Assembly (NCBI GenBank): GCA_963725665.1
Contig: CAVRZA010000003.1
Location: 192,001 to 256,000, forward strand
Direction of reading: 5' to 3'
Source: an uncultured Actinomycetes bacterium
GTDB lineage: Bacteria > Actinomycetota > Thermoleophilia > UBA2241
Length of the DNA: 64,000 bases
The notes under the pieces were generated by a model. That model had not been told where the DNA came from. It ran no database searches and saw only the letters and a program-made list of their open reading frames with translations. Position 1 is the stretch's first letter. Each line of letters opens with the position of its first letter. The translations under genes were made by a program, and so were the position numbers. This document shows positions 19,849 through 32,358 of this stretch, one piece after another.

Positions 19849-21693
19849 GTGCGAGCGAGACGAGTCAGGATCACCGACACCACGCTCCGCGATGCGCACC
19901 AGTCGCTGTGGGCGACGCGCATGCGCACATCGGAGATGATCCCCATCCTCGAGACCATCGACGAGGTGGGCTTCCACTCGGTGGAGTGCTGGGGCGGCGC
20001 CACCTTCGACGCCTGCCTGCGCTACCTCGACGAGGACCCCTGGGAGCGCTTGCGCGTCATCCGTAGGCACATCTCGCGGACGCCGCTCCAGATGCTCCTG
20101 CGCGGGCAGAATCTTGTCGGCTACCGCCACTACGGCGACGATATCGTGCGCCGCTTCGTCTACAAGGCCGCCGAGAACGGCATCGACATCTTCCGCGTCT
20201 TCGACGCGCTGAACGACATCCGCAACCACGAGGTGGCGGCCCAGGCCATCAAGGAGACGGGCAAGCACTACCAGGCGGCGGTCGTCTACACCATCTCTCC
20301 CGTGCACTCGCTCGACCACTACGTCGAGGTCGCTCACCAGCTCGTCGACATGGGCGCCGACTCGGTCTGCATCAAGGACATGGCCGCCCTGCTCAGTCCG
20401 TTCTACGCCGAGCAGCTCATCACGCGACTCAAGGCCGAGATCAACGTGCCCCTCCAGCTCCACTGCCACTACATCGGCGGCCTGGCCCCGATGACGTACT
20501 TGAAGGGCATCGAAGCTGGCGTCGACGTGATCGACACGGCGTCGACCCCGCTCGCCTTCGGCAACTCGCAGCCGGCTACGGAGATGGTCGTCACCTCGCT
20601 CATCGGCACGCCGTACGACACGGAGCTCGACCTCGACAAGCTGTTCGAGGTCGCGAAGTACTTCGACAGGGTGCGCCAGGACGACGGCTTCACGCGCGGA
20701 GTGACCTCACTCACGCACATGCAGGTCTACTCGCACCAGGTCCCCGGCGGCATGATCTCGAACCTCGAGAGCCAGCTGCGCGAGCAGGGCGCGCTCGACC
20801 GTCTGACCGAAGTGCTCGAGGAGATCCCCATCGTGCGTGCCGAGGTGGGCTTCCCGCCCCTGGTCACGCCCATGTCGCAGATCGTCGGCACCCAGGCGGT
20901 CCTCAACGTGCTCTCCGGCAAGCGCTGGCACATCGTCCCCGACGAGATGAAGGCGTACTTGCGGGGGCGCTACGGCAGCGCCCCGGGGCCGCTGTCGCCC
21001 GAGATCGTCGAAAGGGTCCTCGGCGACGAGCAGCCGATACACGTGCGCCCCGGAGCGCTCATCACCGAGACCCTCGAAGGCTACGCCCTCGAGATCGGGG
21101 ATCTGGCACGCTCGGAGGAGGATGTGCTCAGCTACGCCCTCTTTCCGCAGACGGCGCGCACCTATCTCGAGAAGCACCACCTGGGACCCGAATCGGACGT
21201 CTTCGGCACGCATGAGGTGCACTACCTGACCTCGCAGATCCAGACGGCCGTGAGCTCCGGCGCCGAGGACCGCGTGCGCCAGATCCTCTCGATGGTCGAG
21301 GCGAGCAGCGTCGACGAGGTGGTCATCGAGGAGGGCGACCTACGAGTGACGGTGAAGAAGGCCACGCCCGAGGCGCCGCCGGCGGGCGCCGCTTCGTCGT
21401 CGGCAGTGCCCGTGTCTGGGACGGCTGCGCCGTCGGCCGACGACTCGAACGGCTACCATGCGGTACGCTCCCCGATGGTGGCCACCTTCTACCGCTCGCC
21501 TTCACCGTCGGCGCCTCCGTTCGTCGAGGTCGGCGACACCGTGGTGGTGGGGCAGACGCTGTGCATCCTCGAAGCCATGAAGCTCATGAACGAGCTGAGC
21601 GCCGAGGTCGAGGGCGTGATCCGCGAGATCGCCGTCGAGAACGGCCAGCCGGTCGAGTACGGGCAGGTCCTGCTCACCATCGAACCGCTCTGA
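19849..21693 (+). CDS. Pyruvate carboxylase subunit B / OadA-like carboxyltransferase fused to biotin carrier domain
   Basis: [37 protein letters not shown]; C-terminal EAMKLMNE. Confidence 0.9.
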   Translation: MRARRVRITDTTLRDAHQSLWATRMRTSEMIPILETIDEVGFHSVECWGGATFDACLRYLDEDPWERLRVIRRHISRTPLQMLLRGQNLVGYRHYGDDIVRRFVYKAAENGIDIFRVFDALNDIRNHEVAAQAIKETGKHYQAAVVYTISPVHSLDHYVEVAHQLVDMGADSVCIKDMAALLSPFYAEQLITRLKAEINVPLQLHCHYIGGLAPMTYLKGIEAGVDVIDTASTPLAFGNSQPATEMVVTSLIGTPYDTELDLDKLFEVAKYFDRVRQDDGFTRGVTSLTHMQVYSHQVPGGMISNLESQLREQGALDRLTEVLEEIPIVRAEVGFPPLVTPMSQIVGTQAVLNVLSGKRWHIVPDEMKAYLRGRYGSAPGPLSPEIVERVLGDEQPIHVRPGALITETLEGYALEIGDLARSEEDVLSYALFPQTARTYLEKHHLGPESDVFGTHEVHYLTSQIQTAVSSGAEDRVRQILSMVEASSVDEVVIEEGDLRVTVKKATPEAPPAGAASSSAVPVSGTAAPSADDSNGYHAVRSPMVATFYRSPSPSAPPFVEVGDTVVVGQTLCILEAMKLMNELSAEVEGVIREIAVENGQPVEYGQVLLTIEPL

Positions 21694-21712
21694 CGGCGGG
21701 GATCGCGAAGCT

Positions 21713-22135
21713 GTGACGACCGCGCGTCCCAGCCGCAAGCAAGCCCGGCGGGACGCCCTCTTTGTGCTCTACCAGCTCGAGGTGACGCCGCTCCCGGTGC
21801 GGACGCTGCTCGACAACGTGAAGCTCAGCGAAGGCTACGAGGCCGACGAGTTCACCCGAGGCCTCGTCGAGGGGGTGCTGGCCCAGCGGGAGGAGCTCGA
21901 CGCCGTCCTCGAGAGTCACAGTCGCGACTGGTCGCTGGCGCGCATGGCGCCGCTGGAGCGCAACGTCCTGCGCCTGGCGCTCTATGAGCTGCGCAGCGGC
22001 GTCACGCCGCCCGAGGTGGCCATCGACGAAGCCGTGCGGCTGGCCAAGCGTTATGCGACCGACGAGGCGGGGGCGCTGGTGAACGGCATCCTCGGCGGCG
22101 TCGCGCGCGAAGAGGCAGAAGGGCCGAGGGAGTGA
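21713..22135 (+). CDS. nusB: Transcription antitermination factor NusB
   Basis: WSLARMAPLERNVLRLA, VAIDEAVRLAKRY, VNGILG. Confidence 0.95.
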   Translation: MTTARPSRKQARRDALFVLYQLEVTPLPVRTLLDNVKLSEGYEADEFTRGLVEGVLAQREELDAVLESHSRDWSLARMAPLERNVLRLALYELRSGVTPPEVAIDEAVRLAKRYATDEAGALVNGILGGVAREEAEGPRE

Positions 22136-22335
22136 GGCGCGGAGTGAGCGAGCGGCAGACGAGAGCCGAGGCGCTCGCTCGCGTGCGCGAGATCGCCCAA
22201 CAGCTGCGCGAGCTCGAGGCGCGAGCGGCGGCGGCTTCGTCCGCCGAGGTCGAGCTGAGCCTGCTCGAGCGAGCCGCCGAGCTCGCCGACGAGGCGGCGC
22301 GCCTGCTCGAGGGAGCCGCGGGAGGGCCTTCGTGA
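22132..22335 (+). CDS. Small helical protein, possibly divergent exonuclease VII small subunit
   Basis: Overlapping start/stop with nusB and ispA in the usual xseB position; EALARVREIAQQL pattern. Confidence 0.45.
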   Translation: MRRGVSERQTRAEALARVREIAQQLRELEARAAAASSAEVELSLLERAAELADEAARLLEGAAGGPS

Positions 22336-23267
22336 GCGACATCGCCGAGCCGGCGGACGGCAAGCGGGAGAGCCACGACTCGCAGGCCGAGGGGGAGCCC
22401 GCCTACCCCGAGGCGCTACGTGGCCTGGTCGAGCGCTACCTGCAGACGGTCGACTTCGCGGCGGTGGGGCGCGCCGGGCGGCTGGTCGAGGCCATGCGCT
22501 ACTCGCTGCTTGCGGGCGGCAAACGAATCCGGCCGGTGCTCACGCTGGCGGTCGGCGAGAGCCTCGACCGGCCGCCCGAGCGCCTACTGCCCACGGCGGC
22601 CGCCCTCGAGCTCATCCACACCTACTCGCTGATCCACGACGATCTGCCGGCCATAGACGACGACGAGCTGCGTCGCGGCGTGCCCACCTGTCACGTGGTC
22701 TACGGCGAGGATATCGCCATCCTCGCCGGCGACGGTCTCTTCGCCGAGGCCTTCCGGCTGATCATCGAGCGCCAGGCCGCGCCAGTGGAGACCGTGCTCG
22801 CCGTGCTGGGCGAGATCGTACGTGCAACGGGTGTGCAGGGCATGGTCGGCGGCCAGTACATGGACGTCACGGCCGAAGCGGGGCGCGACGACGACTTGCG
22901 TCTGCTGCACACGCTCAAGACGGGCCGGCTCATCGAAGCGGCTGTGGTGGCCGGCGCGCTCCTCTCGGAGGTCGACGCCGGGGAGTCGCTGGCGCCGTAC
23001 CGCGGCTTCGCGCGCGAGATCGGGCTGCTCTTCCAGATCGTCGACGACATCCTCGACGTGAAAGGCGAGGACGAGGCTCTGGGCAAACCGACCGGCTCCG
23101 ACGAGCGCCTGGCGAAGCTGACCTATGTGTCGCGTCACGGCGTCGAGGGCGCGCAGGCGCTCGCCGGCGAGTGCTACGCGCGCGCCGACGAGCGCCTGCG
23201 CGCCCTCCCGGGGCGCACCGACAGCCTCGCTGCCGTCACCGAGTACATCTACCGGCGCGAGCGCTGA
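22332..23267 (+). CDS. ispA: Polyprenyl (farnesyl) diphosphate synthase
   Basis: GGKRIRP, SLIHDDLPAIDDDELRRG, GQYMD, FQIVDDILD. Confidence 0.95.
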   Translation: MSDIAEPADGKRESHDSQAEGEPAYPEALRGLVERYLQTVDFAAVGRAGRLVEAMRYSLLAGGKRIRPVLTLAVGESLDRPPERLLPTAAALELIHTYSLIHDDLPAIDDDELRRGVPTCHVVYGEDIAILAGDGLFAEAFRLIIERQAAPVETVLAVLGEIVRATGVQGMVGGQYMDVTAEAGRDDDLRLLHTLKTGRLIEAAVVAGALLSEVDAGESLAPYRGFAREIGLLFQIVDDILDVKGEDEALGKPTGSDERLAKLTYVSRHGVEGAQALAGECYARADERLRALPGRTDSLAAVTEYIYRRER

Positions 23268-23332
23268 GAGCTGCGCCGCCGGACGCAGGGCGGCCGCCGG
23301 CCGTCGCGGTCGGCGACCATCTCTCGTTAGGC

Positions 23333-23764
23333 TCAATCGGCGGCGGTGAACGTCAGCGAGTCCTTGCCGTCGGCGTCCTTGAGCACCAGCGTGTCGCCCC
23401 TGACCGCATAGGATCTGGCCGCTTCGAGGCGGCGCACATAGGCCTGTTCGGCCTTCATCGCCGCCTCCGATCCGGCCATCATGGTGCTGGCGATCGGCCC
23501 CGCCGTGAAGGCGCCGCTGCCGTCGCGCTCGTAGGGTCCGGAGTAGCTGTTGACACCGCTGTTGCCCGAGACCGTGGATGCGTCGAACGCGGCGCTGATC
23601 GTGACGTCCGCCGGCCACGAGAAGCTCTCCGACCACCCCGTGAGCTTCCAGCTCGTGCCCTTCAACGCCGCCTGCTCCTCTTTCGAGCACGCGGAGACGA
23701 CGATCATCGCGATCACCGCCGTGGCCACGCAGGTCGCGAGAACGACGGTCCTATTCGTATTCAT
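23333..23764 (-). CDS. META-domain lipoprotein
   Basis: Lipobox VSAC; LKGTSWKL, SGNSGVNSYSGPY, ASTMMAG. Confidence 0.85.
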   Translation of the reverse strand: MNTNRTVVLATCVATAVIAMIVVSACSKEEQAALKGTSWKLTGWSESFSWPADVTISAAFDASTVSGNSGVNSYSGPYERDGSGAFTAGPIASTMMAGSEAAMKAEQAYVRRLEAARSYAVRGDTLVLKDADGKDSLTFTAAD

Positions 23765-23841
23765 GCATCCCCCTGTCGTTTGCACCTGCCGCCACGGCCC
23801 GCCAACGGGCCGGCGAGACCCGATGCTATACTCCCCCGAGC

Positions 23842-25722
23842 ATGAGCGTCCTGCCTACGATCTCCTCGCCGCGCGATCTGCACCGCCTCTCGGAGCGCGA
23901 GCTCGCTCTGCTCTGTGACGAGATCCGCGAGCTCATCGTCTCGTGCGTCAGCGAGACGGGCGGTCACCTCGCCGCGAGCCTGGGGGTCGTCGAGCTCACC
24001 GTCGCCCTGCACAGCGTCCTGGAAAGCCCTCGCGACAAGATCGTCTGGGATGTGGGGCACCAGACCTACGCCCACAAGATCCTCACCGGGCGTGCCGAGC
24101 AGTTCCACACCATCCGCCAGCACGGGGGCCTGTCCGGCTTCCCGTCCCGGCGGGAGTCCGAACACGACATCGTCGGCACCGGTCACGCCTCGACGTCGAT
24201 AGCCTACGGGCTGGGCATCGTCGAGGCTGCGAGGCTGGCCCGGGAACGCCGCGGGCACGTCGTATGCGTGCTCGGAGACGGGGCGCTGACGGGCGGCGTC
24301 GCCTTCGAGGCGCTGAACCAGGCCGGCCACCTAAAGACGCCGCTCGTCGTGGTGCTCAACGACAACGAGATGTCGATCAAGCCCAACGTCGGCGCCATGC
24401 AGCTCTATCTCAACCGGCTGCGCCTCGACCCGGCTCTGACGAAGATCCGCGAGGAGATGGAACGCAGCATCGCGCGTCTGCCGGCCATCGGCGCGCGCGC
24501 CTACAGTCTCGGCAAGGACGTCAAGGAGAGCATGAAAGCGCTCATCGTCCCGGGCATGCTCTTCGAGGAAATGGGCTTCGCCTACATCGGGGTCGTCGAC
24601 GGACACGACCTGCGCGCGCTGCGTGAGAGCATCCGGCAGGCGATCGACACCGAGCGTCCGGTGCTGGTGCACGTCAAGACGGTCAAAGGTAAGGGCTACA
24701 GTCCGGCCGAACGGCGTCCGAGCGAGTTCCACGGCACGGGACCCTTCTTCGTGGGCAACGGTGAGACGAAGAGCCGCGATGCCGGCACCACCTACACGCA
24801 GGCCTTCGGAGAGGCTCTGCTGCGCGAGGCGCGCGAGGATGTGCGTATCGTCGCCATCACGGCGGCCATGGCACAGGGCACAGGGCTCGACCGGTTCGAG
24901 GCCGAGCTCCCGGATCGTTTCTACGACGTCGGCATCGCCGAGGAGCACGCCGTCGTCTTCGCCGGCGGTCTCGCCTTGGCCGGTATGAAGCCGGTCGTCG
25001 CCGTCTACTCCACGTTCCTGCAGCGCGCCTTCGACATGCTGATCCAGGACGTCGGCCTGCAAGGTCTGCCGGTGGTCTTCGCCGTCGACCGCGCCGGGCT
25101 GGTAGGAGACGACGGACCGACGCACCACGGCGCCTTCGACCTCTCCTACCTGCGTCTCGTCCCCGGTCTCGTCGTCATGGCCCCTTCGAGCCAGGTCGAG
25201 CTACAGCACATGCTGCACACGGCGCTGAGGATCGGTCGTCCCGTCGCGCTGCGCTACCCGCGCGGCCTGGCGGCGCCTTTCAGCGTGCCGGCGCGACTCC
25301 AGACTCTTCCCGTCGGCAAGGCCAACGTGCTCGAGGCGGGCTCCGGCGTCGCCCTGCTCGGCATCGGCACCGGCGTCGATATCGCAAGCCGCGCTGCGCT
25401 CCTGTTGCGCGAGGCAGGAGTGACCCCCACCGTCGTCGACGCGCGTTTCGTGAAACCGCTCGACGGTGAGCTGCTGAACGATCTCGCCCAGACCCACGAC
25501 CGCATCGTGACGATCGAGGAGAACAGCCTGGTCGGGGGCTTCGGGAGCGCGGTCGCCGAGCATCTCGCACAGACTCCCGTGAGCGTGGCCCGCTTCGGAT
25601 TGCCCGACCACTTCGTGCGTCACGGCGACCGCGACCTCCTGCTGGCCGAGGTCGGCCTCACGCCGGAGGCCGTCGTCGCTAGCATCCTCGAGCGGCGGCC
25701 GGGCTACGCGCACGTCCCCTGA
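23842..25722 (+). CDS. dxs: 1-deoxy-D-xylulose-5-phosphate synthase
   Basis: GGHLAASLG, WDVGHQ, GDGALTGG...NDN, DRAGLVGDDGPTH. Confidence 0.98.
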   Translation: MSVLPTISSPRDLHRLSERELALLCDEIRELIVSCVSETGGHLAASLGVVELTVALHSVLESPRDKIVWDVGHQTYAHKILTGRAEQFHTIRQHGGLSGFPSRRESEHDIVGTGHASTSIAYGLGIVEAARLARERRGHVVCVLGDGALTGGVAFEALNQAGHLKTPLVVVLNDNEMSIKPNVGAMQLYLNRLRLDPALTKIREEMERSIARLPAIGARAYSLGKDVKESMKALIVPGMLFEEMGFAYIGVVDGHDLRALRESIRQAIDTERPVLVHVKTVKGKGYSPAERRPSEFHGTGPFFVGNGETKSRDAGTTYTQAFGEALLREAREDVRIVAITAAMAQGTGLDRFEAELPDRFYDVGIAEEHAVVFAGGLALAGMKPVVAVYSTFLQRAFDMLIQDVGLQGLPVVFAVDRAGLVGDDGPTHHGAFDLSYLRLVPGLVVMAPSSQVELQHMLHTALRIGRPVALRYPRGLAAPFSVPARLQTLPVGKANVLEAGSGVALLGIGTGVDIASRAALLLREAGVTPTVVDARFVKPLDGELLNDLAQTHDRIVTIEENSLVGGFGSAVAEHLAQTPVSVARFGLPDHFVRHGDRDLLLAEVGLTPEAVVASILERRPGYAHVP

Positions 25723-25725
25723 CCT

Positions 25726-26526
25726 GTGCGCCGCCGGCTCGACGTGGTGCTCGTCGACCGCGGACTTCTGCCGACCCGCGCCCAGGCGCGCGCGGCGATC
25801 CTCGCCGGCGAGGTGACGGTCGGCGGCGCGGTCGTCGACAAGCCGGGGTCGCTCGTCGACGACCGCGCGGCCGTGTCGCTGGCCGAGCGGCCACGCTGGG
25901 TATCGCGTGGCGGCGAGAAGCTGGACTACGCCCTGCGCGCGCTCGACATCGACGTCGCCGGCGAGGACGCCTGCGACCTAGGGAGCTCCACGGGAGGGTT
26001 CGTCGACCGGCTGCTCGCCGGTGGGGTGCGCTCGGTCTGCGCCGTGGACGTGGGCTACGGACAGCTCGACTGGGCTCTGCGCAACGACCCGCGCGTGACC
26101 GTGCTCGAGCGCACCAACGCGCGCGACCTGACGCCTGATCGTCTCCCTGTGGCGCCGTCGTTCGTCACCGCCGACGTCTCGTTCATCTCCCTGACCCTGG
26201 CTCTGGGCCCTGTGCTAGAATGCGCCCGCGACGGCGCCCGCGGCCTCGTGCTCGTCAAGCCGCAGTTCGAGGCGGGCCGCGGGCAGGTCGGCAAAGGCGG
26301 CGTCGTGCGCGACCCGGTGGTGCACCGCGAGGTGCTGCTCCGGGTCGCGACGTGGCTCGAGGAGCGTGGCTGGGCCGTCGTCGGCCTGTGCGACTCGGGG
26401 CTGCCAGGACCCAAGGGGAACGTGGAGTACTTCATCTACTTCTGCGATGCGCGCTCGCCCGTCGCCGGCGCTCGCCTCTCACTCGACGACGCCGTGCGAC
26501 GCGCCGTCGAGGCGGCTCATGGCTGA
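25726..26526 (+). CDS. tlyA: TlyA family RNA methyltransferase
   Basis: S4 domain, VSRGGEKL, DLGSSTGGF, DVSFISL, KPQFE, GNVEY. Confidence 0.95.
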   Translation: MRRRLDVVLVDRGLLPTRAQARAAILAGEVTVGGAVVDKPGSLVDDRAAVSLAERPRWVSRGGEKLDYALRALDIDVAGEDACDLGSSTGGFVDRLLAGGVRSVCAVDVGYGQLDWALRNDPRVTVLERTNARDLTPDRLPVAPSFVTADVSFISLTLALGPVLECARDGARGLVLVKPQFEAGRGQVGKGGVVRDPVVHREVLLRVATWLEERGWAVVGLCDSGLPGPKGNVEYFIYFCDARSPVAGARLSLDDAVRRAVEAAHG

Positions 26527-27395
26527 GCCGCCGCTGCGGCGCGTCGCCGTCCTCACCAAGGGCTACGCGCCGGCGACCGCTGCCGTTCTGCGAGAGCTGG
26601 GCGCGGCCGGGCGGGAGTGGGGCGTCGAGCTCTCGCTGCCCGAGCACGAGTGGACCAAGCATGAGATGGGCGACGCACGAGGGCTTCGCGCGCGTCGCCG
26701 ACGACGAGATCGCCGCTGCCGACGCCTGCCTCGTGCTCGGCGGCGACGGCACGGTCTTGCGCGCCTTGGGACGTCTCATGGGCAGCGGCGTGCCCACCGT
26801 GGGTGTCAACTTCGGCCAGGTCGGGTTCCTCGCCGCGCTCAAGAAGGAGACGTGGCGCGAGGAGCTGCCGCCTATCCTCGCCGGCCACTATCGCGTCATC
26901 GACTTGACGACGCTCGAGGCACGGCATGAAGGGCAGCGTTTCCAGGCGGTCAACGATGTGGTCCTCTCGCGCGTCACGCCGCGCCACGTGCTGCAGTTGA
27001 GCTACGAGGTCTCCGGGATCCATGTGGGCGAGATGCTGTGCGACGGCATGATCGTCGCCTCGCCGGCCGGCTCGACCGCCTACAACCTCTCCTGCGACGG
27101 GCCGCTGGTGGTCTGGGACGCCAACGTGCTCGTGCTGAACTTCATCGCCCCGCACTCGCTCGGCTTCAGGCCCCTGGTGTTGCGCCCCGACCACGTCGTG
27201 CGGGTGCGCAACGTGTCGCCCCACGACGAGGCCGAGATCATCGTCGACGGCGCCATCGTCGACCGCGTCTGCTGCGGCCACAGCGTCGAGATGACCACGG
27301 CAGAGCCCCGCGCCCGCCTGCTCATCAAGGAGGGCGGCTCGTTCTACGGCAACGTCGAGGAGAAGCTCTTCAACCGCTCGCGCTACGCGCTCTAG
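26519..27395 (+). CDS. nadK: NAD kinase (frameshift near 26670)
   Basis: LGGDGTVL, NFGQVGFL, VND, ASPAGSTAYNLS. Confidence 0.92.
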
Positions 27396-27399
27396 AGGC

Positions 27400-29154
27400 A
27401 TGCTCGCCGAGCTCGCCATCGACGACCTCGTCCTCATCGCCGAGGCGCGGCTCGCCCTCTCGCCCGGCCTCAACGTGATCACCGGCGAGACCGGCGCCGG
27501 CAAGTCGCTGCTGGCGCAGGCCATCGGCCTGCTGCTCGGCGACAGGGCCGACGAGAGCCTCGTCCGTCAAGGCGCCAGCCGGGCCCTGGTGCAGGCTGTG
27601 TTCGAATCGGGCGCGGGGTCGCGCACAGGGAGGGGCGCGGGTGCCCCGCGCGAGCTGGCGGTATCGCGCCAGGTGCCGCGCGAGGGCCGTTCGCGCGTGT
27701 ACGTCGACGGCGTGGTGTCGTCGGCCGCGGCCGTCGAGACGGCCCTGCGCGATCGCGTCGCGTTCTACGGCCAGCTCGAGCACGCCAAGCTGCTGCAGCT
27801 CGACCGCCAGCTCGACCTGCTCGACGCCGCCGCGCCCGTCAGCATCGGACCGCTGCTGGCGTCGTACGGCGAGACGTACGCGGCTGCGCAGCGCCTCGAG
27901 CACGAGCTCGAGGCGCTGCGCAGCCGCGACCGCGACCGCGACCGTGAGCTCGACCTGCTGCGCTTCCAGATCGGCGAGCTCGAGGCGGCGGCGCTCGAAC
28001 CGGGCGAGGACGACCGCGTGGCGCAGGAGCGTGAGCGTCTGCGCCACGCCGAGAAGTTGCTCGAGCGGGTGTCGGGAGCCCTGCGGTTGCTGTCGGCGGG
28101 CGACGAGGGCGGCGCCGTCGACGGCCTGCGCGTGGCCGAGCGTCTGGTGAGCGAGGCGGCCGGCCACGACCAGGCGCTCGCCGAGGTGGCCGGCCGCCTG
28201 GCGTCGCTGAGCGCCGAGGCCGACGACGCCCTGAGTGCACTGCAGGCGTACCTGGAAGGACTCGACCTCGATCCCGCGCATCGCGACGCGGTGGAGCTGC
28301 GCTACGACACGCTGCAGGCTCTGAAGCGCAAGTACAGACTCGCTACAAGCGATGAGCTCCTCGCCTACGTCGACGAGGACCGGCAGCGACTGGCGGCGCT
28401 CGAGACGGCGGAGCACGACGAGGGCGAGCTGACGAAGTCCCTCGCGCAGGCTCGCGCGGCCGCGGTCGCCGCGGCGACGGAGCTGAGCGCTGCGCGAGCC
28501 GCCGCAGCTCCCGGCTTCGCCGCCGCGGTCGAGGAGGAGCTGCGCGAGCTCGCCATGCCGCATGCACGCTTCGAGGTCAAGCTGGTGCCGCGTGGGCCCA
28601 AGGCAGGAGGCGATGGCGACGACGCAGCCGGCGCGGGCGACGTGGCCGACGACGCAGCCGGCGCGGCCGGCGCCGACCTCGGTCCCCACGGCGCCGAGGA
28701 GGCCGAGTTCCTCTTCTCGGCCAACCCGGGCGTCCCGCTGCGTCCGCTACGCGACACGGCCTCGGGTGGTGAGCTCTCGCGCGCCATGCTGGCCATCAGA
28801 AGCACGGTGACGCTGGGCAACGACGTCGAGACGCTGATCTTCGACGAGGTCGACACCGGTATCGGGGGTGTGACGGCGAGCGCGCTCGGCGAACGCCTCG
28901 CGCGCCTCGCCGCCGCCACGCAGATCGTCTGCATCACCCATCTGCCCCAGCTCGTGGCGTTCGCCGATCGCCACTTCGCCATCACCAAGGTCACGGACGC
29001 CGAGGCCGGCATCACCCAGACCGTGGTCCAGGAGGTCGAGGGAGAGGCGCGCATCGCGGAGCTGTGTCGGATGCTCGGGGCGTCCCCCGACGACGAGGCG
29101 GCTCGCAGCCACGCTCTGGCCCTCCTCGACAGGGCCCGGCAGACGACCTCCTGA
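27400..29154 (+). CDS. recN: DNA repair protein RecN
   Basis: TGETGAGKS, SANPG, ASGGELSR, FDEVDTGIGG, ITHLPQ. Confidence 0.96.
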   Translation: MLAELAIDDLVLIAEARLALSPGLNVITGETGAGKSLLAQAIGLLLGDRADESLVRQGASRALVQAVFESGAGSRTGRGAGAPRELAVSRQVPREGRSRVYVDGVVSSAAAVETALRDRVAFYGQLEHAKLLQLDRQLDLLDAAAPVSIGPLLASYGETYAAAQRLEHELEALRSRDRDRDRELDLLRFQIGELEAAALEPGEDDRVAQERERLRHAEKLLERVSGALRLLSAGDEGGAVDGLRVAERLVSEAAGHDQALAEVAGRLASLSAEADDALSALQAYLEGLDLDPAHRDAVELRYDTLQALKRKYRLATSDELLAYVDEDRQRLAALETAEHDEGELTKSLAQARAAAVAAATELSAARAAAAPGFAAAVEEELRELAMPHARFEVKLVPRGPKAGGDGDDAAGAGDVADDAAGAAGADLGPHGAEEAEFLFSANPGVPLRPLRDTASGGELSRAMLAIRSTVTLGNDVETLIFDEVDTGIGGVTASALGERLARLAAATQIVCITHLPQLVAFADRHFAITKVTDAEAGITQTVVQEVEGEARIAELCRMLGASPDDEAARSHALALLDRARQTTS

Positions 29155-29495
29155 CCGTCTCTCACTCGCTCGTCTGGTACTGTGCGAGGCTCCGTCTTCT
29201 CCTGCGGTGTCGGCGTTCACATCCGGCGGCGACGCCTTGCGTCGGCCGCCGGGCCCTCTGCTATACTCACTCCCCGAAGTGAAGTCGGGGACGATCGGGC
29301 ATAGTGGCGCGCCGGTCCGTTGTGGGTTGACGGGCGCGGCCCCGGCCCCTGCTGGCCGGTCTGAGACTCCCTCGCGACCCTCCCCCAGTCTTGCCGTTGG
29401 CGTGCGCCGTGCTGAATGCACGTCCGCCGCGTCGGTGGCGTGTCGACGCGCGTGGGCTCGTCACGACCATGGGCAGGCCCCGCTGATCACGATGA

Positions 29496-31148
<1,653 letters not shown>

Positions 31149-31235
31149 GCGCGGTCGGAACGACCACAGGCGGCGCGGGCGTTCCGTCCGAGCCGGTGAC
31201 CCGGCGGCCGAGCGGCTGGGTGAAGGACGGCCGCG

Positions 31236-32348
31236 GTGAGTGAGCTGCTCGACCTCTTCCTGCGCCTTGCCGAGACTCCCTCGCCCTCCGGGCACGAGCG
31301 CGCCGTCGCCGACTTGGTGCTCGCCCACGTGCGCGGCAGCGGGCTTGCTCCCGTCGAAGACGACAGCGCCGCAAAGACGGGCGCCGGCTGCGGCAACATC
31401 AATGTGGTCGTCGAGGGGCGTGGGGAGGGTGTGCCGATACTCATCGGTGCCCACCTCGACACAGTCGCCGTCGCAGGACCCATCCGGGCCGTGGTCGACG
31501 GCGGGGTCGTGCGCAGCGAGGGCGACACGATCCTCGGCGCCGACAACAAGTGTGCCTGCGCCATCGGGCTGCTCCTGCTGCGCGACCTTGCCCGCGAGGC
31601 GCCGCCGGGCCGCGTCGAGGTCGTCTTCTCGACGTGCGAAGAGGTGGGCCTGCGCGGCGCCAAAGCGTTCGATCTCGGCGCCGCGCAGGCCCGCGCCGGC
31701 TTCGTGTTCGACTCGAGCGGGCCGCTCGGCGAGGTGATCACCGCCGCGCCTTCGCAGAAGAGCCTGGTGGCCGAGTTCCACGGCGTGGCCGCGCACGCCG
31801 GCATCGCGCCCGAGGAGGGCCGCAGCGCGATCGCCGCCGCCGGGCGGGCGATCGCGCTCATGGACCTCGGGCGCATCGACGAGATGACCACCGCCAACGT
31901 TGGCGTCATCGAGGGCGGCGTGGCGATCAACATCGTGCCCGAGTGGTGCACGCTGCGCGGCGAGGCGCGCAGCCGCGACGAGGAGCGCCTTGCGCGCCAA
32001 GTCGGGCGCATGGTCGACGCCGTCACGCTGGGCGCGAACGAGGTCGGGGTCGACGTGACGACGACCGTGATCGACGAGTACCGGAGCTTCTCGCTCCCTC
32101 CCGAAGCCCTGCCGGTGCGTATCGCGCAGGAGGCTCTGCGGCAGGTAGGCATCGAGCCGCGCCTCGCAGCGACGGGCGGCGGCTCCGACGTCAACGTCTA
32201 CAACGAGAAGGGCCTGCCCAGCGTGAACCTGAGCGTGGGTATGGAGAAGGTGCACACGCACGACGAGTACCTGCCGGTCGAGCGGCTCGAGCAGGCGTAC
32301 GAGGTCGCGCGGGCCCTCGTGCGCGTCGCCGGCGCCACGGCTCTCTGA
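31236..32348 (+). CDS. M20 family peptidase (peptidase T-like)
   Basis: AHLDTV, GADNK, CEEVGL, AAHAG, GGSD, VHTHDE. Confidence 0.9.
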   Translation: MSELLDLFLRLAETPSPSGHERAVADLVLAHVRGSGLAPVEDDSAAKTGAGCGNINVVVEGRGEGVPILIGAHLDTVAVAGPIRAVVDGGVVRSEGDTILGADNKCACAIGLLLLRDLAREAPPGRVEVVFSTCEEVGLRGAKAFDLGAAQARAGFVFDSSGPLGEVITAAPSQKSLVAEFHGVAAHAGIAPEEGRSAIAAAGRAIALMDLGRIDEMTTANVGVIEGGVAINIVPEWCTLRGEARSRDEERLARQVGRMVDAVTLGANEVGVDVTTTVIDEYRSFSLPPEALPVRIAQEALRQVGIEPRLAATGGGSDVNVYNEKGLPSVNLSVGMEKVHTHDEYLPVERLEQAYEVARALVRVAGATAL

Positions 32349-32358
32349 GGCGCCCCCC

